A DNA stretch of 64,000 bases, taken from contig NC_042998.1 in the NCBI RefSeq assembly GCF_006345805.1, positions 54,188,001-54,252,000 of the forward strand. The letters are read 5' to 3'. Shown here one piece after another: positions 1 through 10,834 of this stretch. The first letter of the stretch is position 1. Each line of letters opens with the position of its first letter. Under the pieces are notes generated by a model. That model ran no database searches. It was not told the DNA's origin and saw nothing but the letters and a program-made list of their open reading frames with translations. The translations under genes and the position numbers were made by a program. This DNA is from Octopus sinensis (lineage: Eukaryota).

Positions 1-440
1 TATGCTGCATCTCTATCATTAGCTTCTTCATATCAAGTGCAGTAGCAGCAAGGAAATAACACTGCTTGTCAATAAAGGTCGTAAGTATTCATATCTTTCT
101 CAAACAATATAGAGTAGCTGTCTTTGTCCAATAGATATATTGCAGCTTGAAATTACAATTGCTAAGATATCTTATTTAGCTGCAACACTTTCAAATATTT
201 GAAATAGAAAATAAATAAGGCTATTTCTGTTGTTGTTTAACACTAGGCAATTCCTGATAAAGAGTAGAATCTATGATCAGCAAAGATGTTTCAGCTATGA
301 GGATTCAGTCATTTTCCTTTCTTAAAATCAGTTCATCTAGAGCAGAGGTTCTCAACCAATTTTTTTTGCCTATGGATCCCTTTGATTCTTATTTCACTCT
401 ACTGGATCCCACCATAGCCATTTGAAATTTATAAAAAAAA

Positions 441-858
441 GAAGCTTGCTTCCCAACCATATGGTTCCAGGTTCTAGGTTCAGTACCACTATGTGGCACC
501 TTAGGCAAGTGTCTTCTACTATAGCTTCAGGTTGACCTAAGCTTTTTGAGTGGATTTGGTAGATGGAAGCTGAAAGAAGTGCATCATGTATGTATATATA
601 TATATTTATATATATATATAGATGTACATATCTTTGTGTATGTTTTGGTGTCTGTGTTTGTCCCCCACCATCACTGCTTGGTGGCAAGTGTTGGTGTGTT
701 TACATCCCCGTAACACAGCAGATTGGCAAAAGAGACTGATAGTAAAAGCACTAGGCTTAAAAAAAATTCTAGGGTCGATTTGTTTGAACAAAATCTTTCA
801 AGGCAGTGCTCCAGCATGGCCACAATCAAATGACTGAAACAAGTAAAAGAATAAAAGA
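441..858 (+). mobile_element. tRNA-derived SINE family A (5'-truncated), nested in hAT MITE
   Basis: Body gcttgcttcccaaccacatggttcc...cagcatggccacaatcaaatgactgaaacaagtaaaag with internal TA/TG microsatellite; about 20 copies in the window. Confidence 0.85.
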
Positions 859-974
859 ATACATTTTTATACTTAAATATTATTAGGAATTGTATAAAAT
901 TTTTAAAAAATATTTTGTGCATTGTAGAAGTATAAATCAATTTATTGCAGATAAATTCTGATTTCAAATTTTGG

Positions 975-1175
975 TAGAAGGCCAGCAATTTCAGGGCAGG
1001 GTGTCAGTCAATTACATTGACCCCAGAGTTCAACTGGTACTTATTTTATCAACCCCAAAAAGATGAAAGGCAAAGCTGACCTTGGCAGAATTTGAACCCA
1101 GAATGTGAAAACAGACAAAATGCCACAAAGCATTTTGCATAACAGGATGACGATTCTGCCAGCTCGTCACCTTAA
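975..1175 (-). mobile_element. tRNA-derived SINE family B
   Basis: Reverse complement of gagctggcagaatcgt...ttcaaattc..tttgcctttcatc...aagtaccagttga family. Confidence 0.8.
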
Positions 1176-1394
1176 TGCAGATAGATTTTAACAATATCTT
1201 ATAAAGACCCCTAAGGGCCACGTAGACCCCAGTTGAGTGCCACTGAGCTAGAGAAACATTACTCAACATGTTCCTCATTTCTTTTTTTTAAATGATAGAG
1301 TGAGATTAAAGAAGATTTGGTGGTCATTTCCAGCAGATCAGTTGACCACATACAGCTCCCATTTTGGTTTGAAGTAATGATATTTGGATGTATC

Positions 1395-1692
1395 ACTATA
1401 TGGCTATCGACCAGACTACTAGATGTTGTTATACACACTGGTCACAATGCACTTCCTCACAGTGGTTTTAACTTTCAAATGATGTGACCCCACTAACATA
1501 GCGGACAGGGCAATCAGTACCTCTGAACGGAACACCAGTCTGTTACAGAATTACCCATCTACAGCTGAGTGGACTGGAGCAAAAATGATAAGAAATATTT
1601 TGTTCAAGATTGCAAAGCACTGCCAGTCTGGGAATCCAAACCATGATCTTGTAATCACGAGCGCAAAACCCTAACTACAAGATCATGTGCCT
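1395..1692 (-). mobile_element. SINE family C (old copy)
   Basis: Reverse-strand tRNA-like head plus central cttgaacaaaatatttc...ccagtccactcagctgtag motif shared with 9400, 33108, 58728. Confidence 0.6.
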
Positions 1693-2437
1693 ACTCAATA
1701 TATAGATGTAAATCTGAATAAGACTTAAGATAATAAAGTCACAAACAAGAGATGACAACTACTACCACGTATCATTTATTCATGTGTTTATATCAAATTT
1801 CAACAAGTTCACTCAGGTTAAATGATTCGCAAAGATTGATCATTGTCAATAATATTTTGCAGAAAAAGATAAATTATATTTCTTCCATTCAATAACTGTC
1901 AAATCCAGTTCTTCTGACAAGTCCGGAAAATACACTCCACCAACAGGTGTTGACCCAGTATAAGACAATCTTTTAGTAGAAGTAGTAGTAGTCGTAGATG
2001 TACTATGGAAATATCAGGGCCAATACTCAGTAGCACATTGCTCTTGCTAATCACCCTGTCTGTCTGTTACTCTGAAGACAGAGACTGGATTTACCTAATG
2101 TTTATGTTTCCACTACTGGTTCCATATCGTTGACTTTTTGTGAACTACCATAAGTTAACATGTATAAGGAACCTTTTTTTGTCAAAAAATAGGTTAAAAA
2201 AATATGGGAGTTTCTTATACATGGACAGTATTATAATCCCTTACAAGACCTTTTTCCAAATGTTAAGCCCCCCCAAATTAGGGGGTTACTTATTCATGTT
2301 AAAACATGGTACATCTGCCAACATTATGATGTAATTCTGAGTCCTAAGAAATGAGTGTTGGACCAGTAGTACCTCCCCTTAATTGTTTGTGTCTCCATAC
2401 TCTAAGTTTGCTCTGTTAATATATAAATACCAAGGTA

Positions 2438-2844
2438 TAGGTGAGGCTGTGTGGTAAGAAGCTTGCTTCTCAACCACATGATTCTGGGTTCAGTCCCACT
2501 GTGTGGCACCTTGGGAAAGTGTCTTTTGCTATAGCCACAGGCTGACCAAAGACTTGTGAGTGGATTTGCTACACAGAAACCGAAGGAAGCCTTTTGTGTA
2601 TATGTGTGTGTGCATCTGTGTGTATCTATGTGTATGTGTGTCTTTGTGTCTGTGCTTGTGCCCCCACCACTGCTTAAGAACTGGTGTTGGTGTGATTATA
2701 TCTCCATAACCTAGTGGATTGGCAAAAGAGACCGATAGAATACCAAGCTTAAATGAAAAAGTATTGGGGTCTATAAATTCGACTAAAATACTTAAAGGCG
2801 GTGCCCCAGCAGGACCACAGTCTAATGACTGGAACAAGTAAAAG
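2438..2844 (+). mobile_element. SINE family A, near full length
   Basis: ggctgtgtggtaagaagcttgc head to gactggaacaagtaaaag tail. Confidence 0.85.
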
Positions 2845-2887
2845 TCTTTGTTTCCTCCCTATTTGCATGTATAATCTTTTATTGTTT

Positions 2888-3261
2888 TATTCTTTTACTT
2901 GTTTCAGCCATTTGACTGTGGCCATGCTGGAGCACCAGCTTTAGTCACAAAAAATCAACCCCGGGACTTTGTAAGCCTAGTACTTATTCTATTCGGCTCT
3001 TTTTGCTGAACTGCTAAGTTATGGGGATGTAAACACACCAACATAGGTTGTCAAGCGATAGTGGGCGGAAAACACAGACACACAACATATATATATATGA
3101 TGGGCTTCCTTCAGTTTTTGTCTACCAGATCCACTCACAAGGCTTTGGTCAGCACGAGGCTATAGCAGAAGACACTTGCCAAAGATGCCATGCAGTGGGA
3201 CTGAACCTGGAACCATGTGGTTGGGAAGCAAGCTTCTTACTACACAGCCACGCCTGCACCT
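2888..3261 (-). mobile_element. SINE family A, near full length, tail-to-tail with 2438-2844
   Basis: cttttacttgtttcagccatttgactg ... cacagccacgcctgcacct. Confidence 0.85.
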
Positions 3262-3339
3262 GTATGTATATTTTATATATCTAGCCCAAGTGGATTTTAA
3301 TTGCTTATTTGCATCTTATCTCTCTTTCTCTCTCTCTTT

Positions 3340-3349
3340 ATATATATAT

Positions 3350-3385
<36 letters not shown>

Positions 3386-3442
3386 CATACATATATATAG
3401 ATATATATATTTATACATATATATATATACATACATATATAT

Positions 3443-3530
<88 letters not shown>
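3340..3530. repeat. (TA)n/(CA)n microsatellite
   Basis: Direct inspection. Confidence 0.95.
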
Positions 3531-4212
3531 TGGTATTAGGAAGGGCATCTAGTCATAGAAACCAAACCAAATCAGACTGGAACCTGGCATATATATGTAT
3601 TGAATTGCACACATAGTGGAGGTAAGGCACACACATTCAAGGTTAGATGGTGTAGGAAAGTGTGTGTGTGTGTGTGTCTGTGTGTGATGGTGTTTGTTGC
3701 TAACTCTCTTATATTATCTTTTACAGTTAGAAATACAAACCAATTTGATCACAAGGATAGTTCCCAACACAGGCTCAAGGTCAGAAACCGGTGGGTGGGG
3801 ATGGGGGAAAAGAGCCCACCAAACCGACCACAGTGCATGATTGGCATCCAGTCCATTTGTCTTATGTCTGAATACCCAAACACTGCACAGGCACATGCAC
3901 ACATCTATATGCTGATTTTGGTGGTATTGCAATACCAGCCTATGAGCAGGTGTGTGGTGCACCAGCTGTGTCTCTCTCCTCTCTCTATCTCTCCTTGAAC
4001 TGTCCTCAGTCGCAGAGACCAGGTACATGTTATGCCATATGCTCCGTTCCAGTCGCCAGTTAAGGAAGCACACACACTCTGACTGACAGTGTTGATTGTC
4101 AAAACAATATCAAGAATGGTTAATAATAAGGTTCTCATGTGATTTAATTATACGGGAATGTTTCCAAGAAAATAAGAAACCAAACTGTAAATTGAATTAA
4201 TTTGATACTTAC

Positions 4213-4314
4213 AGCAATGTCTTTAGCAGCGCGTGAAGGTGTTTTCCTGTAGTTCCAAATCTTAATCATTGACACAGTGGTGGGTTGATCAAATACAATA
4301 TAAACTTTATTTAC
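4213..4314 (-). CDS. KATNIP: KATNIP/KIAA0556 next coding exon (102 bp, phase 0/0)
   Basis: [34 protein letters not shown], matching human [34 protein letters not shown]. Acceptor cttttgtttgtttttctcacttgatcatgatAG, donor GTAAGT. Joins in frame to exon 20789-20931. Not in the ORF track because it has no ATG. Confidence 0.95.
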
Positions 4315-5454
4315 CTATCATGATCAAGTGAGAAAAACAAACAAAAGTCAGTGAGAAACAAGTAATGCCAATGTCATTCACAATACAATAAATCTCTTTT
4401 GTCCAGTTTAGCAAGAACTCTTGCTTGTTTCCATATAATTAATTGTTGTAGGTACTGACAATAAATTAGACGAAGTGTGATGCTCAATCACTGGCCTAAT
4501 CTGGCATCACAATTTAATGAGATGGAGCAGAATCTTCAAAGAAATCGTTTAAGGAAAATGAAGATGGGAAAAACGAATGCTTGAAGGCAAACCATGTAAA
4601 ATCTCAGATTGTTTAAAATAAAATTGGTATGTACTGGAGACAGTTCGGTATTTCAATGTAATAAAAAGTTTGCAAATTTCCTGATACTGCCGACTGCATT
4701 AATCATTTCGTTGATACATGTAGACAATTGCTAGCAATTATCCAGTAACTACTGCAGTAGGAAGAGCTTGGGGGTAAATTCATATGATGCTAATTCACCT
4801 TGTATAAGAGAGCAGAGACAAAGATGTTATATTTCTTGGAAGACAGCTGGGGAAAATAAGTATATATGGCAGAAAACAAACAATTCTAATTTGCATTTAG
4901 TTAGGTTAATGTTAGCATTTTATCTAGAGAGTATTAAAATTAAATAGCATGTGTGTGTGAGTGTTTACATATACACAACAGGCTTCCATATTACTTCTGT
5001 CTACCAAATTCAATCATAAAACATTGCTCAGCTCAGGGCTATAGAGGAAGACACTTATCCATGGTACTACACTGTAGGATTGAACCCTAAACCATGTGAC
5101 TGCAAAGCACATACATATCTGGGATGCACAAGCACAACACCACTGTTGGTCAAACAGTGTCAAAGCAAAGATATGCAGGAAAGCATAAACATTAAAATAC
5201 GCACGTATGCACACACTCATGCAAGCATGCACATGACAGGTTATGTAAAGTTTCCATTCACTATTTTCATTCACAAGCCAATGGTCAGCTTGAGACTCAC
5301 GGTAGAAGACATTTATCCAAAGTGCCACATAGTGGAGTAGATCTCGAAACCAGATGGTTTCAGAAGCCCATCTCACTTCACATCCACACTCAAGTTTGCA
5401 TCTATATTACAGATAAACATACATACATACATACATATACATACATACATATAT

Positions 5455-5843
5455 ATGCACAATTGTGGCTGTGTGGTAAGAAGCTCGCTTCCCAGCCACA
5501 TGGTTCTGGGTTCAGTCCCATTGTGTGACATCTTGGGCAAATATCTTCTACTATAGCCTCAGGCCGACCAATACCTATGAGTGGATTTGGTAGACAGAAA
5601 CTGAAAGAAGCCTGTTATAAATGTATGTATATGTATATATTAGTGTGTGTGTGTGTTTGTCCCCCACCACCACTGCTTGACAACCGATGTTGGTGTGTTT
5701 ACATCCCTGTAACTTAATGGTTAGGCAAAAGAGACCAATAGAATAAGTACCTATCTTACAAAGACTAAGTCTTGGGGTCAACTAAAAGGTGGTGTTCCAA
5801 CATAGCTACAGGCAAATGACTGAAACAAGTAAAAGAATAAAAG
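5455..5843 (+). mobile_element. SINE family A
   Basis: Head gtggctgtgtggtaagaagc to tail caagtaaaagaataaaag. Confidence 0.85.
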
Positions 5844-6045
5844 AAAATATATATATATAAATAATAAATTAAACTGATTAGAACTACCAGTGAAGTCATT
5901 CTTTTTCTTTTTTCAAATATATATACACACACACCTACATACCATACACATGCATACTAGTGCATACAGATCAACAGATACACACATACATATATACATA
6001 CATGCGTGTGTATGTATATATCTGTGTAATGTATATTATTCGATC

Positions 6046-6404
6046 CAACCACATGCTTCTAGATTCAGTCCCACTGTATGGCACCTTGGACAAGTGCCTT
6101 CTAGCTTAGCCTTCGGTGTTGTGAGTGAACTTGGTATACAGAAACTGAAAGAAGCCCATCGTATCTATCTCTGTGTGTGTGTGTGTGTGTGTGCATGTCT
6201 TTGTGTTTGTTTGTTTGTTCCTCATCACCACTTGACAACTCATGTTGGTGTGTTTATGTCCCTGTAACTTAGCAGTTCAGCAAAAGGGGCCAACAGAATA
6301 ACCACTAGGCTTTAAAAAATAAGTTCTGGGTCGAATTGTTCAGCTAAAACCCTTGACAGTTGCTCCACAGCATGGCTACAGTCAAATGACTGAAACAAGT
6401 AAAC
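6046..6404 (+). mobile_element. SINE family A (5'-truncated; duplicate at ~7341-7699)
   Basis: Family body and tail motifs. Confidence 0.8.
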
Positions 6405-6790
6405 AATAATAGGAAAGATACAGTGGTGAGAAAAAGGAAAAACGAACAAATGAACGCTCCAGGAACAAATTCACTAGAGATATTTGTTCTGCACTGAGTT
6501 ACATGCACTCCTTTGTCACTCAGCAAAATTGCAATGAAGAAGTGATTGACTCATTGGGAACCTGGAACCAATGCAATCATTGTACACTAAATGCAACACA
6601 GGAAAATTAAACAGCATATGGATTACTTTTCAGTGCAACAGGCAGGGCTGTGTGGTTAAGAAACTTGCTTCTCAACCATGTGGTTATGGGCTCAATTCCA
6701 CATCACAGCCTCGAAGACAAAGTGTTTTCTAGTTTGGCAGTTGATTGACCAAAGCCTTGTAAGTGGATGAGGGAAACTGAAAGAAGTCTG

Positions 6791-6825
<35 letters not shown>

Positions 6826-6840
6826 CATACATATATATAT

Positions 6841-7046
6841 GAATTTTTTGCGTAATGAGATAAAAACCAAGGCTGTATAGATATTAGAGCATTTATAGAC
6901 AGAAGGTCTTACAGCTGTTTCTAGGATATTAATTAATAATATCCCTTCATCAGAAACGGTGTGAGAGGAAAAATTAAGTCATAGTTAGTTTCGACGTGAT
7001 ACAAATAGAGAGTGAGGTGGAGGAAGATATGTTTGGCAAAAAATTC
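6841..7046 (-). mobile_element. 206-bp Penelope-like terminal (pLTR-type) element with hammerhead motif, copy 1
   Basis: Bounded by inverted GAATTTTTTGC (6841-6851) / GCAAAAAATTC (7036-7046) and TA repeats; contains the hammerhead at 6906-6957. Confidence 0.7.
6906..6957 (-). ncRNA. Minimal type I hammerhead ribozyme motif
   Basis: Minus strand: GTTT-CTGATGA-A[GGGATATTA ttaat TAATATCCT]A-GAA-ACAGCTGT-A-AGAC. Intact CUGAUGA and GAAA boxes, 9-bp stem II, palindromic stem III ACAGCUGU, GUA cleavage triplet, 4-bp stem I with one G-U. Confidence 0.75.
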
Positions 7047-8085
7047 ATATATACACACGCTGATATAGAACCAACGTTGAACCCTTTATTCGCAATATTA
7101 CCGAATCTGGAACTTAACTAGGGTCTGTCTATAGCACTTATTCACCTTTGGGTCTCAATGACACCATTTGGCTCTCAATGACACAATTATCTCTTATAAC
7201 CATATATGTATATATATATACACACACACCTACATACCATACACATGCATACTAGTGCATACAGATCAACAGATACACACATACATATATACATACATGC
7301 GTGTGTATGTATATATCTGTGTAATGTATATTATTCGATCCAACCACATGCTTCTAGATTCAGTCCCACTGTATGGCACCTTGGACAAGTGCCTTCTAGC
7401 TTAGCCTTCGGTGTTGTGAGTGAACTTGGTATACAGAAACTGAAAGAAGCCCATCGTATCTATCTCTGTGTGTGTGTGTGTGTGTGTGCATGTCTTTGTG
7501 TTTGTTTGTTTGTTCCTCATCACCACTTGACAACTCATGTTGGTGTGTTTATGTCCCTGTAACTTAGCAGTTCAGCAAAAGGGGCCAACAGAATAACCAC
7601 TAGGCTTTAAAAAATAAGTTCTGGGTCGAATTGTTCAGCTAAAACCCTTGACAGTGGCTCCACAGCATGGCTACAGTCAAATGACTGAAACAAGTAAACA
7701 ATAATAGGAAAGATACAGTGGTGAGAAAAAGTAAAAACGAACAAATGAACGCTACAGGAACAAATTCACTACAGATATTTGTTCTGCACTGAGTTACATG
7801 CACTCCTTTGTCACTCAGCAAAATTGCAATGAAGAAGTGATTGACTCATTGGGAACCTGGAACCAATGCAATCATTGTACACTAAATGCAACACAGGAAA
7901 ATTAAACAGCATATGGATTACTTTTCAGTGCAACAGGCAGGGCTGTGTGGTTAAGAAACTTGCTTCTCAACCATGTGGTTATGGGCTCAATTCCACATCA
8001 CAGCCTCGAAGACAAAGTGTTTTCTAGTTTGGCAGTTGATTGACCAAAGCCTTGTAAGTGGATGAGGGAAACTGAAAGAAGTCTG

Positions 8086-8146
<61 letters not shown>

Positions 8147-8157
8147 CATATATATAT

Positions 8158-8363
8158 GAATTTTTTGCGTAATGAGATAAAAACCAAGGCTGTATAGATA
8201 TTAGAGCATTTATAGACAGAAGGTCTTACAGCTGTTTCTAGGATATTAATTAATAATATCCCTTCATCAGAAACGGTGTGAGAGGAAAAATTAAGTCATA
8301 GTTAGTTTCGACGTGATACAAATAGAGAGTGAGGTGGAGGAAGATATGTTTGGCAAAAAATTC
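8158..8363 (-). mobile_element. 206-bp Penelope-like terminal element, copy 2
   Basis: Identical to 6841-7046, offset 1317. Confidence 0.7.
8223..8274 (-). ncRNA. Minimal type I hammerhead ribozyme motif, copy 2
   Basis: Identical to 6906-6957. Confidence 0.75.
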
Positions 8364-9399
8364 ATATATACACACGCTGATATAGAACCAACGTTGAACC
8401 CTTTATTCGCAATATTACCGAATCTGGAACTTAACTAGGGTCTGTCTATAGCACTTATTCACCTTTGGGTCTCAATGACACCATTTGGCTCTCAATGACA
8501 CAATTATCTCTTATAACCATATATGTATATATATATACACACACATAGACATGTGTGTGTGTGTGTGTGAGTGAATTTGTGTGTACCCTTGTCCTGACAT
8601 CATGTGATGATTGTAAATGAGCATCACTGCCATTCAAGCGGGCTTGTTTGGAAACTTGTAGCAAATCTGCCCCAAAAAATTCTGTCTGACCCATGCAAGC
8701 ATGAAAAGCATAAACATAAAGTCGATGATGATGATGATGATGATGCAACAGCACATGTAGTGGTGAGGTTAATTACATAGCTAATCTACCGCTACATGAC
8801 TAACCTTTAACTAAAACCCTATAATCTGCTATAATAGGAGGCTTTTAGACATCTTACTTAATCCAAGGAGCTATAAGTCAGCAGAAAGGTTCATTCAGCA
8901 TAATGCTGTCTAAATAATAAATAAATAAATAAGTAAATAAATCAATAAATAAATAAAAAGTTAACTTAGGCCCCAGATGAAGTTAACACATGAAATGAAG
9001 CAAGATAAAGGTAAGGAAATACACACTGCTAGGAATTTATCATGCTCAGGCTAGCATGGGAAAATTGACATTAACTGGAATATGGCTGACGATAAGGGGG
9101 AGGAGGAAAAGGGGAAGAAAGAGATAGGAAAAATGAAAGGAGAAGAAGTGGGGAAGTGAGAGAGGAGAAGTGAAAGACCTGAGGGGGTTAAACAAGGTCA
9201 AGATTAAAGTATTAATTAGTGAAGTGTCAAGGAAAACAGTTGTAATCATTATGCAGTGTTTATTGATTTCTTCATTAGGACTAGAGCAGAGGCAGTTTAG
9301 TTAGTCATGTGGAAGGAAACAGTTGAATGCATGATTCTGGTTATATTACTGGTACCAGTTTTATTGATCACAGAGAAATGTAATTACATACAGTAGTGA

Positions 9400-9640
9400 T
9401 ATGTGGAGGTGCATGGCTTAGAGGTTAGAGTGTTGAACTCATGATAGTAAGAATGTGGTTTCATTTCCCGGACAGGCGATATGCTGTGTTTTGAGCAAAA
9501 TACTTCATTTGAAGTTGCTCCAATCTACTCAGCTGGAAAAATGAGAAATCTATGACAAACTGGTGTCCTGTCGAGGGAGGAATAAATAAGCCCCAGAATG
9601 AGGAAACCAGCTCTGTGATCCTTACAGAGTAATGTGGAAT
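9400..9640 (+). mobile_element. SINE family C
   Basis: gtggaggtgcatggcttagaggttagagtgttgaactc tRNA-like head with A/B-box remnants, then ttgagcaaaatacttcattt...ctcagctgg core. Confidence 0.75.
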
Positions 9641-9664
9641 AATGTATAGCAATGACATATTTAA

Positions 9665-9882
9665 CCCTTTAGAATTCAAACAGGCCATATCCAGCCCAAA
9701 TATTCTACTTGCTTTATGTTGAAACTGGCCGTATCTGGCCTCTTACAGCCATCCTACAATGTCATTCTAAAAATACAGTCATATCATTGAAATCTCAAAG
9801 CTATGAGATAATTCATAATTAATTCAAAATAATATGAATAAATATGCTTTACACTTGGCAGAGTAATCTGAATATTAAAGGG
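9665..9882 (+). mobile_element. piggyBac-type MITE
   Basis: TTAA|CCCTTTAGAATTCA ... TGAATATTAAAGGG|TTAA; same family in opposite orientation at 46358-46574. Confidence 0.8.
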
Positions 9883-10103
9883 TTAATTTGATACTCTATT
9901 TTCACTAAATCACCAAATCTCACTCTGTTGCAATTATCGATTTCTTATGATCAAGCAACACGCTAATTTTTTTGGTGGTGTTGTTCTTGAAGAATAAGAT
10001 CAAATATGGGTGATGCAAGGATGGGTAATGCTTGGTTGTAGTTGGCATATTGATCACTTATATATTTGAGGTGCAGAGGCCATTATAGTTTCAGTGAATA
10101 AAT

Positions 10104-10510
10104 CATCATCATCATTTAACATCCGTTTTCCATACCGATATGGAATGGGTAGTTTGACTGAAAACTGCTAAGCTGGGTAGCTGCACCAGATTCCAGTTTG
10201 ATTTGGCATGGTTTCTACAGCTGAATGCCCTCCCTGACACTAACTACTCCAAGAGTGTAGTGGGTGCTTTTTATGTGCTACCTGCATGAGTACCTGTTAT
10301 GTAACACCAGCATCAGCCACGACTATGATTGCACCTGGCTTGACAGGTCTTCTCAAGCATGGTATATTGCCAAAGGTCTTGGTCACTTATCACTAACATT
10401 GTAAGGCCCAACATTTGAAGGGTGCTTTTTACGTGCCACTGGCACAGGGGCCAGTTACGCAACACTAGCATTGGCTATGACTATGATTTCACTTGGATTG
10501 ACGGATCTTG
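10104..10510 (-). mobile_element. RTE LINE 3' UTR-derived repeat
   Basis: (CAT)n tail plus tttaacatccgttttccat...ctgaatgccctccctg; same sequence lies downstream of the RTE ORF end at 24066-24760. Confidence 0.7.
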
Positions 10511-10514
10511 CCCA

Positions 10515-10553
<39 letters not shown>

Positions 10554-10737
10554 AAGCAGAGTGATGAGAAGCACATCAATGAGTCAGAAGCTGGAGTGAA
10601 TTAGCAAAAGGATCCTTGTCAATTAGTCAGATGACATTCTTTTGAATACAGTCAAGGCCAGTCATTTGTAAGCTGTAGCCTACAGGATTTTGTGAATGGC
10701 CAGCCAACGAAAAATTCCTAGTATTATCTTAGTAGTG

Positions 10738-10834
10738 TGGCCTGCCTGATGATGAACCATGTGTCATATGGCCTGCCTGATGATGAACCATGTGTCATAT
10801 GGCCTGCTTCTCAAAAGAAGATTGCCCATGCCTG
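10738..10834. repeat. 31-bp tandem repeat (2.3 units) inside a probable hAT MITE 3' end
   Basis: tggcctgcctgatgatgaaccatgtgtcata x2, then TTGCCCATGCCTG|ctctaggc (hAT-like terminus and target). 5' TIR not found. Confidence 0.6.

Larger units (their letters stand above)
343..1245 (+). mobile_element. hAT (Charlie-like) MITE carrying two nested SINEs
   Basis: Ends CAGAGGTTCTCAACC ... AGTTGAGTGCCACTG. 8-bp TSD atctagag (335-342) / agctagag (1246-1253), fitting the NTCTAGAN preference. Confidence 0.75.
5917..8545. repeat. Recent tandem duplication, two ~1.3-kb units (about 5917-7228 and 7212-8545)
   Basis: Near-identical units, offset 1295 before and 1317 after an internal (TA)n of different length. 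About 4 substitutions seen (e.g. gacagttgctcc/gacagtggctcc, tcactagaga/tcactacaga). Junctions lie in TA/CA repeats. Confidence 0.95.

Noticed and set aside
1-160. Possible exon at the window start (plus-strand GTAAGT at 81; open minus frame TFIDKQCY...)
   Set aside because: All plus frames closed; minus frame lacks an acceptor and does not match the expected LLVDDLL exon.
1700-2400. Coding-looking tract on the minus strand (…TPVGGVYFPDLSEELDLTVIEWKKY…)
   Set aside because: Short, stop-bounded, no splice sites in a usable phase and no recognisable family.
3309-3539. ORFs such as YIYIYI, CVCVCV, IIIII, NNNNN (also 28158-28530, 32449-32812, 35844-36358, 45114-45358, 50850-51157)
   Set aside because: Translations of stop-free microsatellites, not genes.
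3714-4138. GC-richer segment with 77-132-aa ORFs next to the KATNIP exon
   Set aside because: No motif or family recognised; probably repeat-derived.
10745-10785. ATGATGA...CTGA, resembling C/D snoRNA boxes
   Set aside because: Arises from the 31-bp tandem repeat; too short and no terminal stem.
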